The notes under the pieces are model-generated. The model was given only the letters and a program-made list of their open reading frames with translations, was not told where the DNA came from and did no database searches. DNA of 64,000 nucleotides from Narcine bancroftii (lineage: Eukaryota), in assembly GCF_036971445.1 (NCBI RefSeq), contig NC_091471.1:132928001-132992000 (forward strand), in the 5' to 3' direction. The position numbers were made by a program, and so were the translations under genes. Shown here piece after piece: positions 1 to 12,630 of the stretch (position 1 is its first letter; each line of letters opens with the position of its first letter).

Positions 1-364
1 CAGGAGGAGTGGTGTGCAGTGTTTGGGCATGACCAGGAGCCTGAATCCTGTGTAAGTCTCCCCTCCCACCTTTATATCGACTGAGCAGTGCCTGAGGGTA
101 CCAACATTTTTATCCTTGGTGGCGAGGGCGATCAAGCAGGTGGTGGGGTGAACCTTTAACCTTAGGGAGTGGGCCACACTTGGGTGAATGAAGCTCTCAG
201 TGTTGCCACTGCTCAACAGGCACTTTGTTACCTGCCCATTGACTCACACATCCATCATCGAGTGCCCGAGATCGTGGGTAATGTCCCTGGTCAGCATGGT
301 GGCGGCCAGGACCATCTCGGAGTCGGAGTCGTCTCTATCAAGAGGGATGAGGAGCGTCAATTGG

Positions 365-592
365 GCGGCCTGGTCATAGCCCATGTTGGCCATGTTGACA
401 AAGGTCGTGAGGTGCAGCATGCAGTAGGCAATGGCTTCCAGAGGCATGGGGAGTGTCGGTAGGGCAGCCTGGTCATCGCCCATGTTGACCACGTTGCCAT
501 CGGTCGCTGGGTGGGGGGTTCAGCAGCTGATGGCACCTGGAGGCGTAGGGAGCGTCGGTAAGGCAGCCTGGTCATCGCCCGTGTTGACCACA
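365..592. repeat. Three imperfect copies of a ~30-bp unit at ~99-bp spacing, between gag and protease
   Basis: GGCAGCCTGGTCATCGCCCATGTTGACCA-like unit at about 365, 463 and 562. Confidence 0.75.
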
Positions 593-1784
593 TCATTCTC
601 AATGTCGTCGGGGGCCCTCTGTGTCCCTGTGCCTGGCCCAAGGTGGCAGCGGCACGTAGGGAGCCGCTGCATGGCTGACCTTCTTCCCCAGCCGTGTCCG
701 CTGCACCGAGAGAAGTGTCATCATCACGGCCAGCGGCCGTGACTTCATTAAGTCAGCCGGAAGTGACATCACTGTAGTTCTCAGCGAACGGCGAGGGCAA
801 GGGCTGGTGCAGATGCACGGGGCACACACTGCGACGGTTGCTGGCGGGGCCGGATGTTGCGCGGTCGAAGTCGGGGAAGGCGGAAGTCGTCGCGGGGACA
901 ATGGCACCCTTCAGCCATGAGCACGTGGAGGGGGGTCTGTGGGGGAGGTAGGGAGGTCATAGAGGGGCGCTGAGCTGCCAGCAGGTTTAGAGAGGCACAC
1001 TTTTGCAAAGTGGCCTTTCTTGCCGCATCGGGAACAATATAGGTTCCTAGCTGGGCAGTTTTGGCATGATCATCGATCTGACCCACACCAGGACCCACAG
1101 TACTTACAGGGGTGCTGGGCGCCTGCTGCAGCGATGTTCTACTCCCCAGCTCAGCCAGGGGCTGCAGCTGCAGTGTGAGAGGGCCATGAGAGAGCCTGGG
1201 GGAACCCAGAATTGAAGGCTTCAACGTGTAGGGTTGGCTGCTGCTTCCAGGGTTTGGACCACTTCCACAGTCCTGGTTAGGGCATAGATGTTGTCCTCCA
1301 GCAGCTTCTGCCGGATGGCCCACGAGCATAGCCCTCGGACGAAGGCATCCCAGATCAGCCTCTCGACCTCCTCTCACCTACCCCGGGTTCAGCCAGACAT
1401 GGTCGGGCCAACTCTCGCAAGTGTCCCAGGTAAGACTCAGCCATCTCCCCGGGTTGCTGGGCTTGGGTGTTGAGGAGATACCTTGCACAGACCACATTCA
1501 TGGCGGGCTTGTACAAGTTTTCAAGAGTTTCCATTGCGCTCTTGTACGTGGAGCAGCCTTTGGTTACCTGGAAGGCTCAGGGACCCAGCTTTGACCGGAG
1601 TAGGACCAACCTCTTCTGATCGGAGTCCAGGATGTCGCCCTCGTGTGCCTCGATGATTGCTTTGACCGCGTGCTGCCAGATATCGAAGCATGTCTGGTCT
1701 TCCGGGTGGCGTGGGTTGACCTCGAGGCTCCCTGCACACAGGAGTTTTTCCATGGCAGCTGTGGGAAAATTTTGTGGATTAAAT

Positions 1785-2050
1785 TGTGGTGTGCTGTTGG
1801 ACAGAATCAGACACACACAAGATAAAAACTGAACAACAGGCTTTAATCCACAAAAACCTCCACAGAACCAGGCTGGCTGTGGCTGCAGCAACTCAGTGTG
1901 AGGCCTCGGGAGGCCAGCACAGGCTTATAATCCCGGAGGGTGATTGACACCCGATCGGGTGGGGTTTGATCCATTCAGGCCGACTGATTGGCCTGTCTCC
2001 TTACACTCCTGCAGGTACAGAGATTGCCCCCTGCAGTAGGTATACCACCA
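1785..2050 (-). repeat. 5' LTR of the Gypsy element at 1-2050
   Basis: TG...CA termini, TATA-like TATAA and ATTAAA on the minus strand, directly upstream of gag; related to the LTR at 31891-32106. Confidence 0.8.
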
Positions 2051-2499
2051 AAGTTACCATCTTGAAGACCCTGATGGGGCAAGTTTCATCAGCGAGACCC
2101 TGAGGTGACTAGTGGTGGTACCTCAGTTGTGGAAATCGTGGAGCAACAAATATCTCTCTCTGCAAACCCTACAAGAACCTTCCTGAGCAGTAAACATTTA
2201 CCTTTCAAGCACCAAGCCTGATGATCTTTATACATGTTAAATTCTGAGCACAGTATGGTGATTGCCTGCAACCAGAGAACTTGGAGGAAGGAGAAGTGAG
2301 ATTGAACTGCGAACCAAAGAACTTTTCTTGAATTACACACACATTGCATACACGTGCGCTTAGAATTAGAAGGGGGTTAATTTGGGTTAGTTAAGTAAAG
2401 AGTTAATGTTTGATTCTATTTTCATGTTTGAAGTTGATTAAAAATACCTTTTGTTTTGTCTATTGCTGCTGGGTTTTGGAGTCTTTTGGGCTTGTAACA
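2051..2499 (+). repeat. 3' half of an LTR of the Gmr1-like family, interrupted by the Gypsy element to its left
   Basis: Aligns by eye with 17586-18080 and 20092-20534 (GTTACCATC...GGGCTTGTAACA). Confidence 0.85.
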
Positions 2500-2955
2500 A
2501 CAAAATAAAGGTAATGTTCCCGTATTTGGATAATGTCACCATATGCGGCCATGACGTGGAGGAACACGATACAAATCTAAGGGAATTCCTCGTCACGATA
2601 AAAATCTTAACCTGATGTATAATCAGAAGAAGTGCGTGTTCTGCACTTATAGCTGGTGATATTGGGGTACGTGGTGGAGGGAGAGATCATGTCCCCTGAC
2701 CCTGAGAGAATGTGCCCCTTAGGGAACTCCCGTTGCCCCAGAACCTGAAATCCCTGAAAAGATGCCTCGGGTTCTTTTCTTATTATGCCCAATGGGTTCC
2801 CAATTACATGGACAAGGCCTGGTCATTAGTGAAAACAATGGAATTTCCCCCATCAGCGGAGGCTCGTAAAGGCTTCGAAGTCATCAAGGATGAGATTGCC
2901 AAGGCAGAAATACATGTCATTGAAGAATCCATCCCATTCCAAGTGGAAAGTGAAT
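2500..2955 (+). mobile_element. Gypsy reverse transcriptase / connection fragment
   Basis: FPYLDNVTICGHD (YLDN at 2523-2534), then LPLPQNLKSLKRCLGFFSYYAQWVPNY...IPFQVES. Confidence 0.85.
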
Positions 2956-5355
2956 ATCTTTGCTAAATACAGATTCTAAATTAATTGCAAAATTACTAGT
3001 GAATAGATTGACAGATTATGTACCAAAGTTAGTGAAAATAGATCAGACAGGATTTGTTAAAAATAGAAGAGTGGCAGATAATGTCTGTAAATGTATTAAT
3101 TTAATCCACACAGCACAATTAAATAAGGCACCAACTGTAGCAGTAACTCTAGATGCTGAGAAATATTTCGATAGGGTGGAATGGAATTATCTGTTTAAAG
3201 TACTACCTGAAAAATATATTAATTGGATTAGAGCATTGTATAATGGACCTTTGACAAAAGTAGTAACAAATGGACACATTTCAGATCACTTTAAATTGAG
3301 TAGGTCAACCAGATAGGGATGTCCACTATCACCTTCCCTGTTTGCTTTGGCCATAGAACCATTGGCAGAACTGATAAGAAGGGAACCTAGGATAAAGGGA
3401 ATAAAAGTAAAAGAGGAAGAATTTAAAATTAGCTTGTTTGCAGATGACATTATAGTATATTTAACAGACCCAAATAAATCAATAAAAAGATTATATATAA
3501 AATTGAAAGAATATGGAGAAATATCAGGATACAAGGTTAATATCAATAAAAGTGAAGTGAATTGAATGAACAAACTCAATTATGCAAAATATAAAAAGGA
3601 AACCCCTTTTAAATGGCAACCACAGGCTATACGTTACCTTGGTATCAGGATAGATAACAATTTAAATCATTTATATAAGTTAACTATGAACCATTAATAA
3701 AAAAATACAAGATTTAGAAAAATTGAAAGATTTGCCATTAACTTTAATAGGAAGAGTAAACTGCATTAAGATGAATATCTATTTCAAATGCTACCGATTC
3801 CCTTGACAGGATTTTTTTTTAATGAAACTGAATAAATTAATAAGAAATTTTTTTGTGGAAGGGGAAAAAATCAAGAGTAGCTTTAGAAAAATTAACAAGG
3901 ATGTATAAACAAGGAGGATTATAGTTACCAAATTTCAAAATTTATTCTAGGGCAGCATAATTAAGATATCTATCAGAATTTTATCAGATGGGAGAAAAAC
4001 CAAACTGACTCAAGATAAAATTATACAAACTAGGAGAAAAAATCCCAGAACGTTAACTTTATAAATGGGATGAAAAACTGGTGCAACACAACAATTTACC
4101 AATACTACATCATATACTAAAAACATGGAAGTGAATACATCTGGAGCAAAATATGATAAATTATCAAATACCAAAAATGCTACTAACACAAAACCCATTC
4201 ATTCCTTTTACAATAGACAATTTATTTTTTTAAAGAATGGGTGAGAAAAGGTATTAAAAGAATAAAAGATTGCTTTTTGGGAAATAATTTATTAACATTT
4301 GAACAGTTAAAAGACAAATACGGAATATCACATCGTACAATATTTTCATACTATCAGTTGAAAATGTATTTAAAAGAAAAATTGGGAGCTAGCTTTAGAT
4401 GACCTGAGAGTAGCTGCTATGCATACTTAATTACAAACACAACAATAGTAAAAAAAAATGATCACAAATATGTATAGAAAATTGCAATACAAAGAAAATG
4501 ATGAAGCAATGTACAAACTTAAACAAGGTTGGGAAAAAGATTTAAAAATCCGAATAAAGAACAAAACATGGGAGAAACTATGCACAGGAACCATAAATAC
4601 TCGGATTCATATGATACAATATAATTGGCATTTAGATTATAGGTGACACCACAAAAGTTAAAAGAATGGAATCCAACAATGTTGGACAGATGTTTCCATG
4701 ATAAACAAGGAATTAGGACAATATTACACACAATTTGGACATGTGCAAAAATGAAAACTTCTTGGCAGAATTTAAACTTAATATTAAATAGAATTACAAA
4801 AAATAAGATACCAAAAGATCCAGAAATCTTCCTGTTAAACAACAAAGAATACAAAAAATTAGGCCTAAAATAGACAGGATTCAAAAAAAAGATTTATTAT
4901 GATTGCACTTGGCAGCAGCAACATATTGGAAAATGGAGGCAACCTTAAAAATGCAACAATGGTACATAGAAATGAACAAGTGTATTCCATTCAAAAAAAT
5001 TACATAATCTAAAAGACAAATATACTTTATTTGAACAAATTTGGAAACCATACATAAAGTATACTAGAAACCACCAATTTCAGACCTCCATCACTTAAAA
5101 TGATAAGCTACAAGAACAAAAAATACTTAAATATGGAATTTAGGATGTCACTATTTTTTTTTCTTTTTCTTTTGTATTCTTTTATTGTTTATTTATTTTT
5201 CTTCTTTCTTTTAGTTTTGCTTTATGTTATAAGGGGTAGGGGTGGGGAGAAATGGAGGAAAAATATCACTGTGTATATTTTAATGAATGTTTGGAAAAAT
5301 TGTTATTGAAGTGGTTCACAGTGAATTATTAAATAAAAATTATAAAAATAAAAAG
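2956..5355 (+). mobile_element. L1/Tx1-clade LINE, 5'-truncated, decayed ORF2 (RT and C-terminus)
   Basis: LNTDSKLIAK, DQTGFVKNR, LDAEKYFDRVEW, GCPLSP, ISLFADDII motifs; A-rich 3' tail with AATAAA near 5332-5355; several stops and frameshifts. Confidence 0.92.
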
Positions 5356-6204
5356 AGAGAAGCTAGGGTTGGGTAAATAAAGATACTGCAATCACAAGAA
5401 GTATTTTTGCAACAGAGATAAAAACAATAGGAGGATATTAGGAAAATAAAACATCAGTTAAAGTGATGTTGACATTTGCAGATTTGTGGCCAGCATGTCT
5501 AGGCCACAGCAATTTTCTCCCTTGCCTCTCATAGCTGCCCAGATATATCTCAGCAGGCCTAGGGGATTTATCCACTTTAAGCTCCATAATAATAAAATAT
5601 TATTTATTTTTAGTGATAACACATTTAAGAATTTCATAGCTTCCTTTGTACAATCCACAAATATAAATGCATTTCTTCGTAGTGAATACAAATTGGAAAA
5701 TTGATTAGGAATTCACCTCTGCCCTCTGGTTCAATGCACATATGGCCATTTTGATCCCAAAAGCCCCTACTCATTCCCTAGTCATCTTCTTGGCCTTTAA
5801 ATATTTAACTTTGGAACTTCTTTTAACTTTAAGCACCATTAATATTTTGCCCTCCTTCTAGTCTCCTGAATTCTTTGCTTAAATACCCCTGCACTTCTTC
5901 TGTACCCCCTGCAATACCCCCTGGACTGAATGGCCTTCCCTGTTTTAAGCTTTGAGGAGATTTTGCTTTTTTCACTTCATAGAGCCCTTGATATCCAAGG
6001 CTCCCCAGTTACAGAACTATGTTGATCCTCATTTTTATTTAAATAGAACTACTTGCAAATAGCTGTCACATTTAGAAGGGCTGGATGGCTTGCAGTTCAC
6101 CATATGTGGTCAGGAACGTTTTCTAAATCAATATATCGAGGTACCAGAGAGAAAGCAAACAGGTTTTCCTATTCAGGACCAAACAGGACAGGTGACAGAA
6201 GTAT

Positions 6205-7220
6205 GTGTATGGGGAACATTTTGGGTCCAGTGATCATTAGTTTCAAGTTAATTATGGAAAAGGATAGGTCTGCTCCTCAGGTTGTATTTCTAAACTGGAG
6301 AAAGATCAATTTTGAGGAAATGAGAAAGGATCCAGAAAGCGTGATTGGGACAAGTTGTTTTCTGGCAAGGATGACTTCAGTAAGTGGAAAGCCTTCAAAG
6401 GCAAAATTATAAGAATACAGAGTTTACATATTACTGTCAGGAGTAAAGGAAAAGCTAACATGCATAGGAAACCTAGGTATTTGAGGGATATTGGGGATTT
6501 GGTTCAGAAGAGAGGGGTATATCAGGTAACAAAGAGCAAATGAAGTACTCATGGAGTAAAAAAATGCAAGAAAAAAACTTACAGAAATCAGGAAGGCCAA
6601 AAGAAGACATGAGGTTGCTTTGGCAGACAATGTGAAGGAAATTCCTAAGGGTATCTACAGAGCAAAAGGATAGTAAAGAACAAAATTGGTCCCCTTGCAG
6701 ATCAGAATGGTTGGCTTTGTATGGAGTCAGAAGAGATGAGGGAGATATTTAATGTTTTTTTTGCATCAGTATTTACACAGGAAAATGTCAGGGTGATGGG
6801 AAGTAAGGAAAACAAGCAGTAAGGGCATGGAATCCATACAGATTAAAGAGGAGGAAGTACTTGTTGTCTTAAAACAAACAAGGTGGATAACTCCTACGTG
6901 TCTGACAAGATATTTCCTCAGACCTTGAGGGAGGCTATTGCAGAAATTGCAGGGGCCCTGGCAGAAATATTTAAAATGTCCTTAGCCACAGGTGAAGTGC
7001 TGAAGAATTGGAGGGTAGATCATATTGTTCTGTTGTTTAAAAAAGACTTGAAAAGTAACCCAGGAAATTATGGGTCAGTTAGATCAGATATACAAGTATT
7101 TGGATAGCCATGGACTGAGTATGGCTTTGTATGTGTAATGTTATGTTTAACCTATCTTATAGAGTTTTTCAAGGAGGTTACCAGGAAAACTTATGGAAAA
7201 GCTGTGAATGTTGTCTATAT
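6205..7220 (+). mobile_element. CR1-clade LINE fragment (post-endonuclease to RT N-terminus)
   Basis: NWRKINFEEMRKD, WKAFKGKI, LAEIFKMSLATGEVLKNWR, NPGNY. Confidence 0.85.
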
Positions 7221-7975
7221 AATGATAGTGATCATATTTGCATGGCCACTAGCAAGGCCTTGATTACAGTTACTGTTTGATTAGACTTGGCTGCCAACAG
7301 GGGGCTGACAGAGAGCAGGAGGCACAGTATGTTTGATCTGTAATGGAGCCTTGCAGCCTCATGGCATGCTTCATGGTGCTGTTTACAACAACTTTAAGGT
7401 AAAGAACCATTTCCTTCATCCATGTGTTGTCAAAGAACTCACACATACAAATATAAAATGAAACATTGTGTCAGAAGTGGGATGAAGGAAATTAAAATGA
7501 AATACTTTAAAAGGTAAAATCTAAAATAAGCAACGGATCAGTGAAGAGAAGCTAACAAAGAGAAAAGTGGAAGGATAACATCCACCAGCAAAACTTCAGT
7601 TGACAGGTAATGTGGCTGAAAGTTCGAACAGATTTAAACAGCATTTTGAATTGTATTTAGTGGCAGTCGGAGTTGATGAGAAAAGTGATAAAGTGAAAGC
7701 GTCAGTTTTCTTAGACGTTGTGGGTGATGAAGCCCTGGAGGTGTATAATAACTTCACATTTGCTGCTGAAGGAGACTAAATGAAATTGGAAAAAATAATG
7801 GAACAGTTTGAGGCATACTGGATACCTAAACGTAATGTGACATTTGAGAGGCCCAGATTTTTCACATATATAGAGGAAATGGAGGAAGGTATTGATCAGT
7901 ATGTGACTGAATTGAGAAACAGAAGCAAAATGTGTGAAAGAAGGCTTGTGTGTAGTATTCCAGATAATAGTCCCC
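7221..7975 (+). mobile_element. Gypsy LTR, tRNA-Leu-type primer binding site and gag fragment
   Basis: LTR-like end ...AACA followed by TTGTGTCAGAAGTGGGAT (7466-7483, close to TGGTGTCAGAAGTGGGAT); gag FELYLVAVG...VGDEALEVYNNF...FEAYWIPKRNVTFER. Confidence 0.78.
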
Positions 7976-8397
7976 TCCATTCTAAACCAATACACTTTTG
8001 CACCAAGTATTCAAACAAATATTGCTTTACAATGAAACTGAAAGTGTTGTAATTAACCTACAATTTTGTTTTACTGTTAACACACATCCAGTTGTAATTC
8101 TTAATTCTTCTCTCACCTGGTGTCCATCAAGGTTTGCAAGCTCACCTCCCTAGAGACTGTCCCCTCTGCAAATTTTGATGTGGGATTTCACGCTGGCTCC
8201 AGCCACCCATGTTCTGGAACCTTCCTTTTCAAGTCTCATCCTGGTCCCGGCCACCCGCATGCCAGAGCCACCAATGACTTTGCCCCTGACCCCAATCCTG
8301 ATCTTCCACAGGCTGGAGCCACTGATCCTCCACTGCTAAATCCTGCCACAATTACCCACAGACAGGTGCTCCCGACACCCCATCAATGCAGGTACAT

Positions 8398-9487
8398 TCT
8401 TTGGCTTGGCTTCGCGGACGAAGATTTATGGAGGGGGTAAATGTCCACGTCAGCTGTAGGTTCGATTGTGGCTGACAAGTCCGATGCGGGACAGGCAGAC
8501 ACAGTTGCAGCGGTTGCAGGGGAAAATTAGTTGGTTGGGGTTGGGTGTTGGGTTTTTCCTCCTTTGTCTTTTGTCGGTGAGGTGGGCTCTGCGGTCTTCT
8601 TCAAAGGAGGTTGCTGCCCGCCGAACTGTGAGGCGCCAAGATGCACGGTTTGAGGCGATATCAGCCCACTGGCGGTGGTCAATGTGGCAGGCACCAAGAG
8701 ATTTCTTTAGGCAGTCCTTGTACCTCTTCTTTGGTGCACCTCTGTCAAGGTGGCCAGTTGAGAGCTCGCCATATAACACGATCTTGGGAAGGCGATGGTC
8801 CTCCATTCTGGAGACATGACTCACCCAGCGCAGCTGGATCTTCAGCAGCGTGGACTCGATGCTGTCGGCCTCTGCCATCTCGAGTACTTCGATGTTAGGG
8901 ATGAAGGCGCTCCAATGAATGTTGAGGATGGAGCAGAGACAATGCTGGTGGAAGCGTTCTAGGAGCCGTAGGTGATGCCGGTAGAGGACCCATGATTTGG
9001 AGCCGAACAGGAGTGTGGGTATGACAACGGCTCTGTATATACTTATCTTTGTGAGGTTTTTCAGTTGGTTGTTTTTCCAGACTCTTTTGTGTAGTCTTCC
9101 AAAAGCGCTATTTGCCTTGGCGAGTCTGTTGTCTATCTCGTTGTCGATCCTTGCATCTGATGAAATGGTGCAGCCGAGATAGGTAAACTGGTTTACCGTT
9201 TTGAGTTTTGTGTGCCCGACGGAGATGTGGGGGCGCTGGTAGTCATGGTGGGGAGCTGGCTGATGGAGGACCTCAGTTTTCTTCAGGCTGACTTCCAGGC
9301 CAAACATTTTGGCAGTTTCTGCAAAACAGGACGTCAAGCACTGAAGAGCTGGCTCTGAATGGGCAACTAAAGCGGCATCATCTGCAAAGAGTCGTTCACG
9401 GACAAGTTGCTCTTGTGTCTTGGTGTGAGCTTGCAGGCGCCTCAGATTGAAGAGACTGCCATCCATGCGGTACCGGATGTAAACAGT
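8398..9487 (-). mobile_element. RTE-clade LINE (AviRTE-like), 5'-truncated, young
   Basis: Open 338-aa frame with LFADDAAL, FTYLG, LRWVSHVSRM and a C-terminal C2H2-like CNRC..H; 3' end TTCGTCCGCGAAGCCAAGCCAAAGAA; near-identical to 58118-59647. Confidence 0.95.
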
Positions 9488-9929
9488 GTCTTACCCCAGT
9501 CACAACCACCCCTATTCCAGTGCCCATGCTGACACCTTCACCAACTCCCTCACCAACTTCATCCTCCATAAGCCTAAAGCCTTGGATACATCTGCTGGTA
9601 GATCCCACTACCTCATCCCTCCTCCACCATTCCTTACCCTACCCTATCCTCACACCTCTCCCTACTCATCCCCTGACTATGTTCCCCACACCCCAGCCCT
9701 CTGATCCTCTCATCTCCCTATCATCTTCCCCCTCTGACCACCCTACCTTTCACCTCCCCACTCTGATTGTCCTATGCTCCACCATCCCATCTCATCCACA
9801 ACCCTCCACTTCCACTCCCACATCCCAAAACACTCCACCTACCACCATGATGTCCCCTATCCTCCTCCACCCAAAAACATCCACCATACTAATCCCCACT
9901 TTCCACAGGGACCACGCATTCCTTTTCAC

Positions 9930-10630
9930 CAAGGTGTGACCAGGAAATGCTTCACTTGTGCCCATACCTCCAGCCTCACCAGTATTCGGGGCCACAAACA
10001 GCCCTTCACTCGGGAATCTGCAGGAGTCGTATACTGCATTCAAAGCTCCATCTGTGGTCTCCTCTACATCACAGAAATTGGATGTAGACAGAGATGTAGC
10101 CTCCCGGAGGCTAACCATTTGAATTCTGTGGCCCACTCCCACATCAACACATATGTCAATGGCCTCATGCACAGCCTAACTGAGGCCAACCTTGAATTGA
10201 AAGAGCACCCTAATATTCCATCTGGGCACTATCCAACCATATGGTGTTAACATCTCCAGTTTCTCTACGGCCCTCCTCTGTCTTTCTCTCTTTCCCTTTC
10301 CCTCTGTCTCCTTTCCTCCATTTGCTCTGCACTCAGAGAATTATCCCCTCATCATATCACTTCCCAGCTTTTTATTTCTTCTACCACCCCCCCCCCCCCA
10401 CCAATATCCAACTAGCACTCTTGCCTATGCTGTGGGTGGTGTGGACCTGTGCTCCTCCCTCTGTCCCACCTCCCCCCACCAAACCCCTCCCCCCCATACC
10501 CCTGTTTTATTCAAGGCCCTGTCTGGTTTTTGCTCATACCACGATGAAGGGTTTCAGCCCAAAACATTGGCAAAGTCTCTTTTCCGGAAGGAACGCTGCG
10601 GGATCTGCTGAGTTTCTCCAACACTTTTGT
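9930..10630 (+). mobile_element. Penelope-like element 3' part (GIY-YIG endonuclease relic and pLTR)
   Basis: RKCFTC...FTRESAGVVYCIQSSICGLLYITE; terminal GATGAAGGGTTTCAGCCCAAAAC...CTGCTGAGTTTCTCCA. Confidence 0.8.
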
Positions 10631-10659
10631 GTATCAAGCTATTTTTTTAATCGTAGAAA

Positions 10660-11560
10660 CTAGTATCAGGAACCATTTACCTTTCAAGCTTCCTCCACCA
10701 TTTGATAAAATCAGGGCCAATTTCTACCATCATCTTTCTGCACTAACTTCATATCCTTTAGACTTTTAGTTATTAATTTTATCTGCCTCAAATATAATCA
10801 GTAACCCAGCCTTTACAGTCCTCTTGAACTGAGTCTTCGAAGGATCTGGGTGAAGAAATTTGTTCTCTCATAATTCTGAGAGGACAATCCTTTAAGAACC
10901 CTCGATCCTTGAAAAATCATCCAGAGGATAGATTAATCATGAATCTACCCTGTAAGAATTGTGTCTAACTGGAGAATACAAATGCAGAGTTTGCTTAACC
11001 ATTCCAAGAGTGACAAAGCTGCCATCCCGGGAATTGATTTGATAAACCTTTGCTGAGTTCAATTTATCAGAGCTGTATCCTTGCTTAAGCAGGGAGACCA
11101 GACCTGAAAATAATATTGAATACAGTTTCATCTGACCCCCATATAAATGAAGCTAGAAGTCTCCACTTCTGGACGCAAATCCTCTTGCACAAAATCTAAC
11201 ATCACTCTGTCAAGGCTTTTGCTGTAACTGAAATTTCATTTTCAGGTGATGTTAGGATATTTTCATTTGTGGGAAAATCTCACATTAGAAAGCATCATCG
11301 TAGAATAAGAAGGCAAATGTTTATGAATGAGGAATAATTTCTTCTCATTATGGATTGTGAATCATTGGACTCCTTGCTCCAGAAAGCTGTGAAAGATAAA
11401 TACTTGTATATATTCAAAACTGAGACAAAGGGAACCAAAGGTTTTGGCATAGAACATGTCTGTGAATGTGGAATGTTGCTTAGCCATGATTTTATTAAAT
11501 GAGAAAGTAGTTAAGGAGCTGAATGGCCTACTCCTGTTCCTATTTCTTCTGACTTTGTGC
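10660..11560. mobile_element. Old CR1 3'-end remnants in both orientations
   Basis: CR1-type tail GAATGGCCTACTCCTGTTCCTAT at about 11521-11543; degraded reverse copy upstream. Confidence 0.6.
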
Positions 11561-11700
11561 TCTGTAAAGCTTCATTCTCTTTTTCAAGTTTTTTTTAAAT
11601 TTTTAACAAATTACAAAATTATATTTGAAACTATCTCAAAATTTCAACACATTTCTTTTTAATATTGAGTTTTCTAATTAACTCCATATTCTCTGCTGCA

Positions 11701-11800
11701 CCAATCACTGTCCTCAGGGCCGCACAACCAGTATTTTGCCCAACCATGAATTGTTCAGCCTCAGATTATAAATACTGGCGTTAAGCTAATCGGAGACACA
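11701..11800 (+). promoter_or_regulatory. Proximal promoter of the CXC-chemokine-like pseudogene
   Basis: CCAAT 11701-11705, C/EBP-like TTGCCCAA 11736-11743, TATAAATA 11767-11774 about 85 nt before the ATG; paralogous copy at about 30385-30435. Confidence 0.55.
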
Positions 11801-11855
11801 AAAGAAGAACCAAGCTGAATCAAGAAGTCAGAACAGGGAAGATTGGAACCTGAAC

Positions 11856-11919
11856 ATGAACTATAGAGTTACTGTCACACTCCTGCCATGCCTTGGAAAT
11901 TAAGCAGCTTTCTCTGTGT
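11856..11919 (+). pseudogene. CXC chemokine-like pseudogene, exon 1 (signal peptide)
   Basis: MNYRVTVTLLPCLGN*AAFSV+T then GTAAGG: 64 coding nt, phase 1, the exon-1 geometry of CXCL8 and JCHAIN. In-frame TAA at 11901-11903. Confidence 0.62.
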
Positions 11920-12229
11920 GTAAGGAAAAAACCCTGCACCTTCTAATTTACCAACTGCATTGAGTGTCAGCTTCATAGTTATGGAAAACTTGAATTTGGG
12001 ATTCATTAATTAGTAGTTTAAACAGTCATTGATAAAACTTGGTGATGCCAGTAGTTGGCAATAGAGATAAAAAACACAAGAGATAGCCAACAGGTTAGCA
12101 GAGAGCGGAACAGCATTTACATTTATGTCAGTGACCCTTCATAAGAATTGTAAAATTGAGAAAATATATGTGTAATGTTGAAGTGGGTGGTGAGGGAGTT
12201 GGGTAGGTCGAGACAACAAATCAAATGGA

Positions 12230-12630
12230 TCGGAGGTCAATCCACAGGACCATAAGAGTGGCAGAGAGGCTCACTGGATTCTCACTCACCTACATTGACG
12301 TGATCTACTGGGATTGTTGTCTGATGAGGGTGGGCATATCATAGAGGACCCTTTCCACCCTGCACCCAGTATCTTTCAGCTGCTCTTGCCGGGAAAGTGG
12401 CAGTGAGAATGCTGAACAACCAAAGAAACTGCTCACACTAACCAATAGAGACTTTAAAATATACAAACCAATATTTATTTATTTGTTTACTTCTTCTGCA
12501 TATGTATTGTTTGTCTTCATGTGGGTTATGTCTGGTTGTATGTTTGCATGTTTTGGACCAAGGATGGAGAATACTGTTCATTGGATTGTACTTGCAAAAT
12601 CAGTGACAATAAATTTGACTTAGCTTGAAA
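12230..12630 (+). mobile_element. Rex1/Babar-type LINE 3' end
   Basis: Similar to the reverse complement of about 22850-23040; ends AATAAATTTGACTTAGCTTGA. Confidence 0.65.

Larger units (their letters stand above)
1..2050 (-). mobile_element. Ty3/Gypsy LTR retrotransposon, 5' part (LTR, gag, protease), decayed; continues off the window start
   Basis: Minus-strand gag starts at ATG 1753 (MEKLLCAGSLEVNPRHPEDQTCFDIW...). CCHC knuckle CSRCGKKGHFAKVC at about 995-1036. Protease-like VNGQVTKCLLSSGNTESFIHP at about 180-245, with the catalytic D lost and a stop nearby. Homologous to the element at 31891-34700. Confidence 0.88.
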
